Source: Escherichia coli (lineage in GTDB: Bacteria; Pseudomonadota; Gammaproteobacteria; Enterobacterales; Enterobacteriaceae). Taken from it: a stretch of 64,000 nt of DNA. Position numbers and translations under genes: made by a program. The stretch lies in assembly GCF_003334785.1 (NCBI RefSeq), contig NZ_QOWV01000002.1. The stretch is one strand, 5' to 3'. The notes below the pieces were generated by a model. It did no database searches and had not been told where the DNA came from. It saw only the letters and a program-made list of their open reading frames with translations. This document shows positions 19,321 through 32,875 of the stretch, piece after piece (the stretch's first letter is position 1; each line of letters starts with the position of its first letter).

Positions 19321-20334
19321 ATGAATACTGAAGCCACGCACGACCAAAATGAAGCACTTACTACCGGCGCTCGCCTGCGTAATGCTCGCGAACAACTAGG
19401 ACTTAGTCAGCAGGCCGTTGCCGAGCGACTTTGCCTGAAGGTTTCCACGGTACGCGACATTGAAGAAGATAAGGCACCCGCCGATCTTGCTTCAACATTC
19501 CTGCGCGGATATATCCGCTCTTATGCGCGTCTGGTACATATTCCAGAAGAAGAACTGCTGCCAGGGCTGGAAAAGCAGGCTCCACTTCGGGCTGCAAAAG
19601 TTGCGCCGATGCAGAGTTTTTCCCTCGGTAAACGCCGCAAAAAACGCGACGGCTGGCTGATGACCTTCACTTGGCTGGTGTTGTTTGTGGTTATCGGCCT
19701 GAGCGGTGCCTGGTGGTGGCAAGACCACAAAGCTCAGCAGGAAGAGATCACCACTATGGCCGATCAATCTTCGGCGGAACTGAGCAGTAATAGCGAGCAG
19801 GGGCAGAGTGTTCCATTAAATACGTCGACAACTACAGACCCGGCTACAACGTCCACGCCGCCAGCGTCTGTGGATACTACCGCAACCAACACGCAAACAC
19901 CTGCCGTAACTGCGCCAGCACCAGCTGTTGATCCGCAACAGAATGCGGTTGTTTCGCCTTCGCAGGCAAATGTTGATACCGCCGCGACCCCGGCACCAAC
20001 GGCAGCAACAACGCCAGATGGTGCTGCGCCGTTGCCAACCGATCAGGCTGGCGTGACCACGCCGGTGGCTGATCCGAATGCGCTGGTGATGAACTTTACT
20101 GCCGATTGCTGGCTGGAGGTCACTGATGCTACCGGTAAAAAATTGTTTAGCGGTATGCAGCGTAAAGACGGTAATTTGAACTTAACCGGCCAGGCACCGT
20201 ACAAACTGAAAATTGGTGCGCCAGCCGCAGTACAGATCCAGTATCAAGGGAAACCTGTCGATCTGAGTCGTTTTATCAGAACTAACCAGGTTGCGCGTCT
20301 GACCCTCAATGCCGAACAATCACCGGCGCAGTAA
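19321..20334 (+). CDS. rodZ: cytoskeleton protein RodZ (bitopic, HTH plus Pro/Thr-rich linker)
   Basis: 337-aa ORF with N-terminal HTH ([12 protein letters not shown]), one TM segment and a PT-rich periplasmic region. Confidence 0.94.
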   Translation: MNTEATHDQNEALTTGARLRNAREQLGLSQQAVAERLCLKVSTVRDIEEDKAPADLASTFLRGYIRSYARLVHIPEEELLPGLEKQAPLRAAKVAPMQSFSLGKRRKKRDGWLMTFTWLVLFVVIGLSGAWWWQDHKAQQEEITTMADQSSAELSSNSEQGQSVPLNTSTTTDPATTSTPPASVDTTATNTQTPAVTAPAPAVDPQQNAVVSPSQANVDTAATPAPTAATTPDGAAPLPTDQAGVTTPVADPNALVMNFTADCWLEVTDATGKKLFSGMQRKDGNLNLTGQAPYKLKIGAPAAVQIQYQGKPVDLSRFIRTNQVARLTLNAEQSPAQ

Positions 20335-20360
20335 CAGACGGGTAACGCGGGAGATTTTTC

Positions 20361-21479
20361 ATGCATAACCAGGCTCCAATTCAACGTAGAAAATCAACAC
20401 GTATTTACGTTGGGAATGTGCCGATTGGCGATGGTGCTCCCATCGCCGTACAGTCCATGACCAATACGCGTACGACAGACGTCGAAGCAACGGTCAATCA
20501 AATCAAGGCGCTGGAACGCGTTGGCGCTGATATCGTCCGTGTATCCGTACCGACGATGGACGCGGCAGAAGCGTTCAAACTCATCAAACAGCAGGTTAAC
20601 GTGCCGCTGGTGGCTGACATCCACTTCGACTATCGCATTGCGCTGAAAGTAGCGGAATACGGCGTCGATTGTCTGCGTATTAACCCTGGCAATATCGGTA
20701 ATGAAGAGCGTATTCGCATGGTGGTTGACTGTGCGCGCGATAAAAACATTCCGATCCGTATTGGCGTTAACGCCGGATCGCTGGAAAAAGATCTGCAAGA
20801 AAAGTATGGCGAACCGACGCCGCAGGCGTTGCTGGAATCTGCCATGCGTCATGTTGATCATCTCGATCGCCTGAACTTCGATCAGTTCAAAGTCAGCGTG
20901 AAAGCGTCTGACGTCTTCCTCGCTGTTGAGTCTTATCGTTTGCTGGCAAAACAGATCGATCAGCCGTTGCATCTGGGGATCACCGAAGCCGGTGGTGCGC
21001 GCAGCGGGGCAGTAAAATCCGCCATTGGTTTAGGTCTGCTGCTGTCTGAAGGCATCGGCGACACGCTGCGCGTATCGCTGGCGGCCGATCCGGTCGAAGA
21101 GATCAAAGTCGGTTTCGATATTTTGAAATCGCTGCGTATCCGTTCGCGAGGGATCAACTTCATCGCCTGCCCGACCTGTTCGCGTCAGGAATTTGATGTT
21201 ATCGGTACGGTTAACGCGCTGGAGCAACGCCTGGAAGATATCATCACTCCGATGGACGTTTCGATTATCGGCTGCGTGGTGAATGGCCCAGGTGAGGCGC
21301 TGGTTTCTACACTCGGCGTCACCGGCGGCAACAAGAAAAGCGGCCTCTATGAAGATGGCGTGCGCAAAGACCGTCTGGACAACAACGATATGATCGACCA
21401 GCTGGAAGCACGCATTCGTGCGAAAGCCAGTCAGCTGGACGAAGCGCGTCGAATTGACGTTCAGCAGGTTGAAAAATAA
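20361..21479 (+). CDS. ispG: 4-hydroxy-3-methylbut-2-enyl diphosphate synthase IspG (GcpE)
   Basis: 372-aa ORF; Cys ligands in CPTCSR and GCVVNGPGE. Confidence 0.95.
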
Positions 21480-21567
21480 TAACGTGATGGGAAGCGCCTC
21501 GCTTCCCGTGTATGATTGAACCCGCATGGCTCCCGAAACATTGAGGGAAGCGTTGAGGGTTCATTTT
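21480..21567 (+). ncRNA. sroE: SroE-like structured RNA in the ispG-hisS intergenic region (approximate)
   Basis: Position matches the reported SroE location; hairpins GGGAAGCG-cct-CGCTTCCC and TGAACCC...GGGTTCA followed by a T-run. Confidence 0.4.
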
Positions 21568-21589
21568 TATATTCAGAAAGAGAATAAAC

Positions 21590-22864
21590 GTGGCAAAAAA
21601 CATTCAAGCCATTCGCGGCATGAACGATTACCTGCCTGGCGAAACGGCCATCTGGCAGCGCATTGAAGGCACACTGAAAAACGTGCTCGGCAGCTACGGT
21701 TACAGTGAAATCCGCTTGCCGATTGTAGAGCAGACCCCGCTATTCAAACGTGCGATTGGTGAAGTCACCGACGTGGTTGAAAAAGAGATGTACACCTTTG
21801 AGGATCGCAATGGCGACAGCCTGACTCTGCGCCCTGAAGGGACGGCGGGCTGTGTACGCGCCGGCATCGAGCATGGTCTTCTGTACAATCAGGAACAGCG
21901 TCTGTGGTATATCGGGCCGATGTTCCGTCACGAGCGTCCGCAGAAAGGGCGTTATCGTCAGTTCCATCAGTTGGGCTGCGAAGTTTTCGGTCTGCAAGGT
22001 CCGGATATCGACGCTGAACTGATTATGCTCACTGCCCGCTGGTGGCGCGCGCTGGGTATTTCCGAGCACGTAACTCTTGAGCTGAACTCTATCGGTTCGC
22101 TGGAAGCACGCGCCAATTACCGCGATGCGCTGGTGGCATTCCTTGAGCAGCATAAAGAAAAGCTGGACGAAGACTGCAAACGCCGCATGTACACTAACCC
22201 GCTGCGCGTGCTGGATTCAAAAAATCCGGAAGTGCAGGCGCTTCTCAACGACGCTCCGGCATTAGGTGACTATCTGGACGAGGAATCTCGTGAGCATTTT
22301 GCCGGTCTGTGCAAACTGCTGGAGAGCGCGGGGATCGCTTACACCGTAAACCAGCGTCTGGTGCGTGGTCTGGATTACTACAACCGTACCGTTTTCGAGT
22401 GGGTGACTAACAGTCTCGGCTCCCAGGGCACCGTGTGTGCAGGCGGTCGTTATGACGGTCTTGTGGAACAACTGGGCGGTCGTGCAACACCGGCTGTCGG
22501 TTTTGCGATGGGCCTCGAACGTCTTGTATTGTTAGTACAGGCCGTTAATCCGGAATTTAAAGCCGATCCTGTTGTCGATATATACCTGGTGGCTTCAGGT
22601 GCTGATACACAATCTGCGGCTATGGCATTAGCTGAGCGTCTGCGTGATGAATTACCGGGCGTGAAATTGATGACCAACCACGGCGGCGGCAACTTTAAGA
22701 AACAGTTTGCCCGTGCTGATAAATGGGGTGCCCGCGTTGCTGTGGTGCTGGGTGAGTCTGAAGTGGCTAACGGCACAGCAGTAGTGAAGGATTTGCGCTC
22801 TGGTGAGCAAACGGCAGTTGCGCAGGATAGCGTAGCCGCGCATTTGCGCACGTTACTGGGTTAA
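21590..22864 (+). CDS. hisS: histidine--tRNA ligase
   Basis: 424-aa ORF with GTG start ([18 protein letters not shown]...); class II aaRS motifs. Confidence 0.95.
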
Positions 22865-22881
22865 GGAAGGAGAAGGACAGC

Positions 22882-23502
22882 GTGGAAATTTACGAGAACG
22901 AAAACGACCAGGTAGAAGCGGTTAAACGCTTTTTTGCTGAAAATGGCAAAGCACTGGCTGTTGGGGTGATTTTGGGCGTTGGCGCACTGATTGGCTGGCG
23001 CTACTGGAACAGCCATCAGGTTGATTCTGCACGCTCCGCTTCTCTTGCCTATCAAAATGCGGTTACCGCAGTGAGCGAAGGCAAACCGGATAGCATCCCG
23101 GCGGCGGAAAAATTTGCTGCTGAAAATAAAAATACTTATGGTGCGCTGGCTTCTTTGGAACTTGCGCAGCAATTTGTTGACAAAAATGAACTAGAGAAAG
23201 CTGCCGCCCAGTTACAACAGGGGCTGGCAGACACGAGCGATGAAAATCTCAAAGCCGTGATAAATCTGCGTCTTGCTCGCGTTCAGGTACAGCTCAAGCA
23301 GGCTGATGCCGCGCTGAAAACCCTTGATACCATCAAAGGTGAAGGGTGGGCTGCCATTGTTGCCGACCTGCGTGGTGAAGCATTGCTGAGCAAAGGTGAT
23401 AAGCAAGGTGCGCGTAGTGCATGGGAAGCAGGCGTGAAAAGCGATGTTACTCCGGCACTGAGCGAAATGATGCAGATGAAAATTAATAATTTGTCCATCT
23501 GA
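22882..23502 (+). CDS. yfgM: ancillary SecYEG translocon subunit YfgM (TPR-like, single TM)
   Basis: 206-aa ORF with GTG start; N-terminal TM helix. Confidence 0.9.
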   Translation: MEIYENENDQVEAVKRFFAENGKALAVGVILGVGALIGWRYWNSHQVDSARSASLAYQNAVTAVSEGKPDSIPAAEKFAAENKNTYGALASLELAQQFVDKNELEKAAAQLQQGLADTSDENLKAVINLRLARVQVQLKQADAALKTLDTIKGEGWAAIVADLRGEALLSKGDKQGARSAWEAGVKSDVTPALSEMMQMKINNLSI

Positions 23503-23512
23503 GAGGGACCCG

Positions 23513-24691
23513 ATGCAATTGCGTAAATTACTGCTGCCAGGACTGCTTTCCGTTACCCTTTTAAGCGGCTGTTCGCTGTTTAACAGCGAAGAAGATGTGG
23601 TAAAGATGTCCCCATTGCCAACCGTTGAAAACCAGTTTACGCCGACCACGGCGTGGAGCACTTCCGTTGGTAGCGGCATTGGCAACTTCTATTCCAATCT
23701 TCATCCGGCACTGGCGGACAACGTTGTCTATGCAGCGGACCGCGCTGGTTTAGTAAAAGCGCTGAATGCGGATGATGGCAAAGAAATCTGGTCTGTCAGC
23801 CTGGCCGAGAAAGATGGCTGGTTCTCTAAAGAGCCTGCATTACTTTCTGGCGGTGTGACCGTGTCTGGTGGGCATGTCTACATTGGCAGCGAAAAGGCGC
23901 AGGTTTACGCGCTGAATACCAGCGATGGTACTGTGGCATGGCAAACTAAAGTCGCGGGTGAAGCACTTTCGCGCCCGGTGGTCAGCGACGGTCTGGTGTT
24001 AATCCACACCAGTAACGGTCAGTTACAAGCGCTGAACGAAGCTGACGGCGCTGTCAAATGGACAGTTAACCTCGATATGCCTTCGCTCTCTTTGCGTGGC
24101 GAGTCTGCGCCGGCAACGGCTTTTGGTGCGGCCGTCGTGGGGGGCGATAATGGTCGCGTCAGCGCAGTGCTGATGGAACAGGGCCAGATGATTTGGCAGC
24201 AGCGTATTTCCCAGGCGACCGGTTCTACCGAAATTGACCGTCTGAGCGATGTTGACACGACTCCCGTCGTTGTTAACGGCGTTGTTTTCGCGCTGGCCTA
24301 TAATGGTAACCTGACGGCGCTTGATCTGCGCAGTGGTCAGATTATGTGGAAACGCGAACTGGGTTCGGTGAATGATTTCATCGTCGACGGCAATCGCATC
24401 TATCTGGTCGATCAAAATGACCGGGTGATGGCGTTGACCATTGATGGCGGCGTTACGCTGTGGACACAAAGCGATCTGCTGCATCGCCTGCTGACTTCTC
24501 CGGTGCTGTATAATGGCAACCTGGTGGTCGGTGACAGTGAAGGTTATCTGCACTGGATTAACGTCGAAGATGGTCGTTTCGTTGCCCAGCAAAAAGTTGA
24601 TAGTTCCGGTTTCCAGACTGAACCGGTTGCCGCTGACGGCAAACTGCTGATCCAGGCAAAAGACGGAACCGTGTACTCTATTACACGTTAA
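23513..24691 (+). CDS. bamB: outer membrane protein assembly factor BamB (PQQ-like beta-propeller lipoprotein)
   Basis: 392-aa ORF; lipobox LSGC. Confidence 0.95.
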   Translation: MQLRKLLLPGLLSVTLLSGCSLFNSEEDVVKMSPLPTVENQFTPTTAWSTSVGSGIGNFYSNLHPALADNVVYAADRAGLVKALNADDGKEIWSVSLAEKDGWFSKEPALLSGGVTVSGGHVYIGSEKAQVYALNTSDGTVAWQTKVAGEALSRPVVSDGLVLIHTSNGQLQALNEADGAVKWTVNLDMPSLSLRGESAPATAFGAAVVGGDNGRVSAVLMEQGQMIWQQRISQATGSTEIDRLSDVDTTPVVVNGVVFALAYNGNLTALDLRSGQIMWKRELGSVNDFIVDGNRIYLVDQNDRVMALTIDGGVTLWTQSDLLHRLLTSPVLYNGNLVVGDSEGYLHWINVEDGRFVAQQKVDSSGFQTEPVAADGKLLIQAKDGTVYSITR

Positions 24692-24712
24692 TCGTCTCTG
24701 TCGTTCACTTTG

Positions 24713-24750
24713 AAAACGGCTCCTGGACAGGGGCCGTTTTCCTGTTTTTA
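24713..24750 (+). terminator. intrinsic terminator downstream of bamB
   Basis: AAAACGGC...GCCGTTTT stem followed by CCTGTTTTT. Confidence 0.65.
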
Positions 24751-24808
24751 ACAACGACGCGAATATAGCGTGCGTTGTCTGATGATTTATAAAAATGAGG
24801 CTTTAAAC

Positions 24809-26281
24809 ATGGTACCTGTGGTCGCGCTTGTCGGGCGCCCTAACGTAGGAAAATCCACGTTATTTAACCGTCTAACTCGCACCCGAGATGCGCTGGTTGC
24901 GGATTTCCCGGGTCTGACTCGTGACCGTAAGTACGGTCGTGCGGAAATTGAAGGCCGTGAGTTTATCTGTATTGATACCGGCGGGATTGATGGCACAGAA
25001 GACGGTGTAGAAACCCGCATGGCGGAACAGTCGCTGCTGGCGATTGAAGAAGCGGACGTCGTACTGTTTATGGTGGATGCGCGCGCGGGCCTGATGCCGG
25101 CAGATGAAGCGATTGCCAAACATCTGCGCTCCCGTGAAAAACCGACCTTCCTGGTGGCAAACAAAACTGACGGTCTGGATCCCGATCAGGCAGTGGTTGA
25201 TTTCTACTCGCTTGGTTTAGGTGAAATCTACCCGATCGCCGCGTCTCACGGTCGTGGCGTATTAAGTCTGCTGGAGCATGTGCTGCTGCCGTGGATGGAA
25301 GATCTCGCACCGCAAGAGGAAGTCGACGAAGACGCTGAATACTGGGCGCAATTTGAAGCGGAAGAGAACGGCGAAGAAGAAGAGGAAGACGACTTCGACC
25401 CGCAAAGTCTGCCGATCAAACTGGCGATTGTGGGTCGTCCGAACGTAGGTAAGTCTACACTCACTAACCGTATTCTTGGTGAAGAGCGCGTTGTTGTTTA
25501 CGACATGCCTGGCACGACGCGTGACAGCATCTACATCCCAATGGAACGCGATGGACGTGAGTATGTGCTCATTGACACCGCTGGCGTACGTAAACGCGGC
25601 AAAATCACCGATGCTGTAGAGAAATTCTCCGTAATCAAAACGTTGCAGGCCATTGAAGACGCCAACGTGGTGATGTTAGTGATTGATGCGCGCGAAGGTA
25701 TTTCCGATCAGGATCTCTCGCTGCTGGGCTTTATTCTCAATAGTGGGCGCTCACTTGTCATTGTGGTGAATAAGTGGGATGGCCTGAGTCAGGAAGTGAA
25801 AGAGCAGGTGAAAGAAACGCTGGACTTCCGTCTGGGCTTTATCGATTTTGCTCGTGTGCACTTTATCTCTGCCTTGCACGGCAGTGGTGTTGGTAACTTG
25901 TTTGAATCAGTACGTGAAGCGTATGACAGCTCCACCCGTCGTGTGGGGACCTCTATGCTGACGCGCATCATGACGATGGCTGTTGAAGATCACCAACCGC
26001 CGCTGGTACGCGGTCGTCGTGTGAAGCTGAAATATGCCCACGCCGGTGGTTATAACCCGCCGATTGTGGTGATTCACGGTAATCAGGTGAAAGACCTGCC
26101 TGATTCCTACAAGCGCTACTTGATGAACTACTTCCGCAAATCGCTGGACGTAATGGGATCGCCGATTCGTATTCAGTTCAAAGAAGGGGAAAACCCGTAT
26201 GCGAATAAGCGTAACACCCTGACGCCAACCCAGATGCGTAAACGTAAGCGTCTGATGAAGCACATCAAGAAAAATAAATAA
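24809..26281 (+). CDS. der: ribosome-assembly GTPase Der (EngA, tandem GTPase domains)
   Basis: Track ORF 24770-26281 trimmed to ATG at 24809 ([17 protein letters not shown]...), 490 aa; two G1 motifs GRPNVGKS. Confidence 0.95.
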
Positions 26282-26350
26282 TTATCCGTAAGTATTTTAT
26301 CTGCCATTCCCTCTATGAATGTAGAGGGAATGGCTACCGGAGGAATTCAT

Positions 26351-27963
<1,613 letters not shown>

Positions 27964-28025
27964 TTATTCAGTCGATAGTAACCCGCCCTTCGGGGATAGC
28001 AAGCATTTTTTGCAAAAAGGGGTAG

Positions 28026-28051
28026 ATGCAATCGGTTACGCTCTGTATAAT
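28026..28051 (+). promoter_or_regulatory. guaBA promoter core: -10 TATAAT with GC-rich discriminator, preceded by a PurR-box-like sequence GCAATCGGTTACG
   Basis: TATAAT about 45 nt upstream of the guaB ATG followed by GCCGCGG; the upstream element matches 9 of 12 positions of the GCAAACGTTTGC PurR core. Confidence 0.45.
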
Positions 28052-28094
28052 GCCGCGGCAATATTTATTAACCACTCTGGTCGAGATATTGCCC

Positions 28095-29561
28095 ATGCTA
28101 CGTATCGCTAAAGAAGCTCTGACGTTTGACGACGTTCTCCTCGTTCCTGCTCACTCTACCGTTCTGCCGAATACTGCTGACCTCAGCACCCAGCTGACGA
28201 AAACTATTCGTCTGAATATCCCTATGCTTTCCGCAGCAATGGATACCGTAACGGAAGCGCGCCTGGCTATTGCTCTGGCTCAGGAAGGCGGTATCGGCTT
28301 TATCCACAAAAACATGTCCATTGAACGCCAGGCAGAAGAAGTTCGCCGTGTGAAAAAACACGAATCTGGTGTGGTGACTGATCCGCAGACTGTTCTGCCA
28401 ACCACGACGCTGCGCGAAGTGAAAGAACTGACCGAGCGTAACGGTTTTGCGGGCTATCCGGTCGTTACCGAAGAAAACGAACTGGTGGGTATTATCACCG
28501 GTCGTGACGTGCGTTTTGTTACCGACCTGAACCAGCCGGTTAGCGTTTACATGACGCCGAAAGAGCGTCTGGTCACCGTGCGTGAAGGTGAAGCCCGTGA
28601 AGTGGTGCTGGCAAAAATGCACGAAAAACGCGTTGAAAAAGCGCTGGTGGTTGATGACGAATTCCACCTGATCGGCATGATCACCGTGAAAGACTTCCAG
28701 AAAGCGGAACGTAAACCGAACGCCTGTAAAGACGAGCAAGGCCGTCTGCGTGTTGGTGCAGCGGTTGGCGCAGGTGCGGGTAACGAAGAGCGTGTTGACG
28801 CGCTGGTTGCCGCAGGCGTTGACGTTCTGCTGATCGACTCCTCCCACGGTCACTCAGAAGGTGTACTGCAACGTATCCGTGAAACCCGTGCTAAATATCC
28901 GGATCTGCAAATTATCGGCGGCAACGTGGCAACAGCTGCAGGTGCACGCGCTCTGGCAGAAGCTGGTTGCAGTGCGGTTAAAGTCGGCATTGGCCCTGGC
29001 TCTATCTGTACAACTCGTATCGTGACTGGCGTCGGTGTTCCGCAGATTACCGCTGTTGCTGACGCAGTAGAAGCCCTGGAAGGCACCGGTATTCCGGTTA
29101 TCGCTGATGGCGGTATTCGCTTCTCCGGCGACATCGCCAAAGCTATCGCCGCTGGCGCAAGCGCGGTGATGGTAGGTTCCATGCTGGCGGGTACTGAAGA
29201 ATCTCCGGGTGAAATCGAACTCTACCAGGGCCGTTCTTACAAATCTTACCGTGGTATGGGTTCCCTGGGCGCGATGTCCAAAGGTTCCTCTGACCGTTAT
29301 TTCCAGAGCGATAACGCTGCCGACAAACTGGTGCCGGAAGGTATCGAAGGTCGCGTAGCCTATAAAGGTCGCCTGAAAGAGATCATTCACCAGCAGATGG
29401 GCGGCCTGCGCTCCTGTATGGGTCTGACCGGCTGTGGTACTATCGACGAACTGCGTACTAAAGCGGAGTTTGTACGTATCAGCGGTGCGGGCATTCAGGA
29501 AAGCCACGTTCACGACGTGACCATTACTAAAGAGTCCCCGAACTACCGTCTGGGCTCCTGA
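28095..29561 (+). CDS. guaB: IMP dehydrogenase
   Basis: Track ORF 28026-29561 trimmed to ATG at 28095 ([21 protein letters not shown]...), 488 aa; catalytic Cys loop [11 protein letters not shown] and CBS domains. Confidence 0.96.
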
Positions 29562-29569
29562 TTCTCTTC

Positions 29570-29600
29570 GCCCGACTTCATGTCGGGCGATTTATATTAT
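29570..29600 (+). terminator. hairpin between guaB and guaA (possible partial terminator or processing site)
   Basis: CGCCCGAC-ttcat-GTCGGGCG followed by ATTTATATTAT. Confidence 0.4.
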
Positions 29601-29629
29601 CTGTTTCACTTGCCTCGGAATAAGCGTCA

Positions 29630-31207
29630 ATGACGGAAAACATTCATAAGCATCGCATCCTCATTCTGGACTTCGGTTCTCAGTACACTCAACTGGTTGC
29701 GCGCCGCGTGCGTGAGCTGGGTGTTTACTGCGAACTGTGGGCGTGGGATGTGACAGAAGCACAAATTCGTGACTTCAATCCAAGCGGCATTATTCTTTCC
29801 GGCGGCCCGGAAAGTACTACTGAAGAAAACAGTCCGCGTGCGCCGCAGTATGTCTTTGAAGCAGGCGTACCGGTATTCGGCGTTTGCTATGGCATGCAGA
29901 CCATGGCAATGCAGTTGGGCGGTCACGTTGAAGCCTCTAACGAACGTGAATTTGGCTACGCGCAGGTTGAAGTCGTAAACGACAGCGCACTGGTTCGCGG
30001 TATCGAAGATGCGCTGACCGCAGACGGTAAACCGCTGCTCGATGTCTGGATGAGCCACGGCGATAAAGTTACCGCTATTCCGTCCGACTTCATCACCGTA
30101 GCCAGCACCGAAAGCTGCCCGTTTGCCATTATGGCTAACGAAGAAAAACGCTTCTATGGCGTACAGTTCCACCCGGAAGTGACTCACACCCGCCAGGGTA
30201 TGCGCATGCTGGAGCGTTTTGTGCGTGATATCTGCCAGTGTGAAGCCCTGTGGACGCCAGCGAAAATTATCGACGATGCTGTAGCTCGCATCCGCGAGCA
30301 GGTAGGCGACGATAAAGTCATCCTCGGCCTCTCTGGTGGTGTGGATTCCTCCGTAACCGCAATGCTGCTGCACCGCGCTATCGGTAAAAACCTGACTTGC
30401 GTATTCGTCGACAACGGCCTGCTGCGCCTCAACGAAGCAGAGCAGGTTCTGGATATGTTTGGCGATCACTTTGGTCTTAACATTGTTCACGTACCGGCAG
30501 AAGATCGCTTCCTGTCAGCGCTGGCTGGCGAAAACGATCCGGAAGCAAAACGTAAAATCATCGGTCGCGTTTTCGTTGAAGTATTCGATGAAGAAGCGCT
30601 GAAACTGGAAGACGTGAAGTGGCTGGCGCAGGGCACCATCTACCCTGACGTTATCGAATCTGCGGCGTCTGCAACCGGTAAAGCACACGTCATCAAATCT
30701 CACCACAACGTGGGCGGCCTGCCGAAAGAGATGAAGATGGGCCTGGTTGAACCGCTGAAAGAGCTGTTCAAAGACGAAGTGCGTAAGATTGGTCTGGAGC
30801 TGGGCCTGCCGTACGACATGCTGTACCGTCACCCGTTCCCGGGACCAGGCCTTGGCGTTCGTGTTCTGGGTGAAGTGAAGAAAGAGTACTGTGACCTGCT
30901 GCGCCGTGCTGACGCCATCTTCATTGAAGAACTGCGTAAAGCGGACCTGTACGACAAAGTCAGCCAGGCGTTCACTGTGTTCCTGCCGGTACGTTCCGTT
31001 GGCGTAATGGGCGATGGTCGTAAGTATGACTGGGTTGTCTCTCTGCGTGCTGTCGAAACCATCGACTTTATGACCGCACACTGGGCGCATCTGCCGTACG
31101 ATTTCCTCGGTCGCGTTTCCAACCGCATTATCAATGAAGTGAACGGTATTTCCCGCGTGGTGTATGACATCAGCGGCAAGCCGCCAGCTACCATTGAGTG
31201 GGAATGA
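29630..31207 (+). CDS. guaA: GMP synthase (glutamine-hydrolysing)
   Basis: 525-aa ORF; GATase Cys (GVCYGMQ) and ATP-PPase motif SGGVDSS. Confidence 0.96.
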
Positions 31208-31232
31208 TTTGACCCTGCACTATGAATGAACA

Positions 31233-31262
31233 AAACCCTCTGTTACTACAGAGGGTTTTTTA
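31233..31262. terminator. intrinsic terminator shared by convergent guaA and yfgI
   Basis: AACCCTCTG-ttactac-CAGAGGGTT followed by TTTTT on the plus strand. Confidence 0.75.
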
Positions 31263-31299
31263 TCTTCAAGAATTATAGGATTGAAGTTACTAACATCGA

Positions 31300-31839
31300 T
31301 TAATTAAACCAGCTGTCCGATTTGTTCTCTTCTGCTTTGCCCACGCTTTTCATCAGATCGCGACCGCCTTCAGTCATATTTCTGTTGGCGTCAGCTTCAG
31401 ATTGCACCACATCGGTTTGCGCAGCTTTGTGCTTCAGTTCCTGATCGATAAATTCGTTTTCTCGCTTAACGCGGGCTTCTTCTTTCGCCAGCGCCAGTTT
31501 TTGTTTCTGAATCTCTAAGCTGCGTAGCTCATCTTCATAACTTTGATCGCGTTTTTTGTCCGCAGAGGCTTCGGCGTCCAGTTTATCCTGACGAGCTTTC
31601 TTATTTGCCGCTGCCGTTGCCGCTCTTTTGTTAGCGGCGGCCTGGGCATTTGCGCGACGTTGCTTCTCTTGCTGGATTTCCCTGTTGCGCTCCGCGACCC
31701 ATTCGTCATGCTGCCTTTGCTCTTCATTTTTACCTTGCTGTTCCGCTTCTGCGACAGCAGAGAGTTGATCCTGCAATGATGAGGCGATAGCCGGATAGCT
31801 TAAGGAGGCTAAGATGGCGCAAAGAAAAACTTTCTTCAT
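31300..31839 (-). CDS. yfgI: periplasmic protein YfgI (signal peptide, charged coiled-coil-like)
   Basis: 179-aa ORF; signal peptide MKKVFLCAILASLSYPAIASS, then A/K/E/Q-rich sequence. Confidence 0.88.
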   Translation of the reverse strand: MKKVFLCAILASLSYPAIASSLQDQLSAVAEAEQQGKNEEQRQHDEWVAERNREIQQEKQRRANAQAAANKRAATAAANKKARQDKLDAEASADKKRDQSYEDELRSLEIQKQKLALAKEEARVKRENEFIDQELKHKAAQTDVVQSEADANRNMTEGGRDLMKSVGKAEENKSDSWFN

Positions 31840-31854
31840 GACTCCTCCTGATTA

Positions 31855-32373
31855 TTAGCTCTTTTCAGGACATTTGGTATTTGGCTGAATACGCGTTTCG
31901 TTATACGTCGTGGTAATAACAACGGCTAAACCTGTCGTAAACTGGCACTCTTTACCCACCTGGGTAGAGGTATACACTTTGGTGCCTTCCTTATAGGTTA
32001 AAGAAACACCTTCCACTAAGGTTTTATCATTCACCATAGAACCCGCTGCCGCGCCTACAGCTCCGCCGCCAACTGCACCTGCCGTCGTTCCGGAATTGCT
32101 GCCAGACCCGACGTTGTGGCCGATAACACCGCCAGCGACTGCGCCAATAAGCGCGCCGAAGGCTTGTGCGTTCCGTTTATTTTGGGAGTTGTCTACGGCA
32201 ACTTTTGCGGGAAGAATGGAAATAATATTAACGGTTTTAGTTTCTTGTTTGGTATTCAGTTGATCGGTTTGATAAACATCGGCAGCATGATCGTCAGCAT
32301 TTGACTGGCATCCTGCCAGAGTGAATGACGCTAACATTGCCACAGGCAGAAGACATTTTTTAAATTTCATCAC
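31855..32373 (-). CDS. yfgH: outer-membrane lipoprotein YfgH (glycine-zipper)
   Basis: 172-aa ORF; lipobox LAGC; Gly-zipper GALIGAVAGGVIGHNVGSG. Confidence 0.88.
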   Translation of the reverse strand: MMKFKKCLLPVAMLASFTLAGCQSNADDHAADVYQTDQLNTKQETKTVNIISILPAKVAVDNSQNKRNAQAFGALIGAVAGGVIGHNVGSGSNSGTTAGAVGGGAVGAAAGSMVNDKTLVEGVSLTYKEGTKVYTSTQVGKECQFTTGLAVVITTTYNETRIQPNTKCPEKS

Positions 32374-32683
32374 TATTCCTTGTTATACACATTACGAAAA
32401 ATAAGACATTTAAGATCATCAAAAGAGGAAAGTAAATGTATTGCGTATAAAGGGATAGATTAAATTTATTAAAATTCACGCAGGGAATAATTTATAAAAA
32501 TATATCATTACAACATATATATTAATTTTATATTTATTTCGCAGCCAAACAGGATAAACATCAGTCAGGATAAAGACGTAAAATTTAAGATGAAAGAATA
32601 TCTGCCGCTTTGATAATCCCAAACAGCAAAAGCATCCGACAGCGAAGTGCCGTTATGTTCTGTGAAAGTGGAGAAGGTAACCG

Positions 32684-32875
32684 CTAACGTTGTACCGGTG
32701 ATTCGACGGAGAGTGTGGATTGCTGAGCTTCTTTTTTGCTCTGATGGTGCTGCCAGGCACCGACGGACGAGTAGATAAAACGGCCAAAGAAGAAGATAAA
32801 GCTGATGAGCAGTACGATACGGGTCATGCGACTGTTAAATCGGTGTCGTTTTCGCATACTGGTTGCCTGACTCAC
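32684..32875 (-). CDS. yfgG: small membrane protein YfgG
   Basis: 63-aa ORF with a single TM segment (IVLLISFIFFFGRFIY). Confidence 0.8.
   Translation of the reverse strand: MSQATSMRKRHRFNSRMTRIVLLISFIFFFGRFIYSSVGAWQHHQSKKEAQQSTLSVESPVQR

Noticed and set aside
29570-29600. Hairpin between guaB and guaA as a true transcription terminator.
   Set aside because: guaBA is a known operon, and the hairpin is followed by an A/T-mixed run rather than a clean U-tract. I keep it only as a possible partial terminator or processing site at low confidence.
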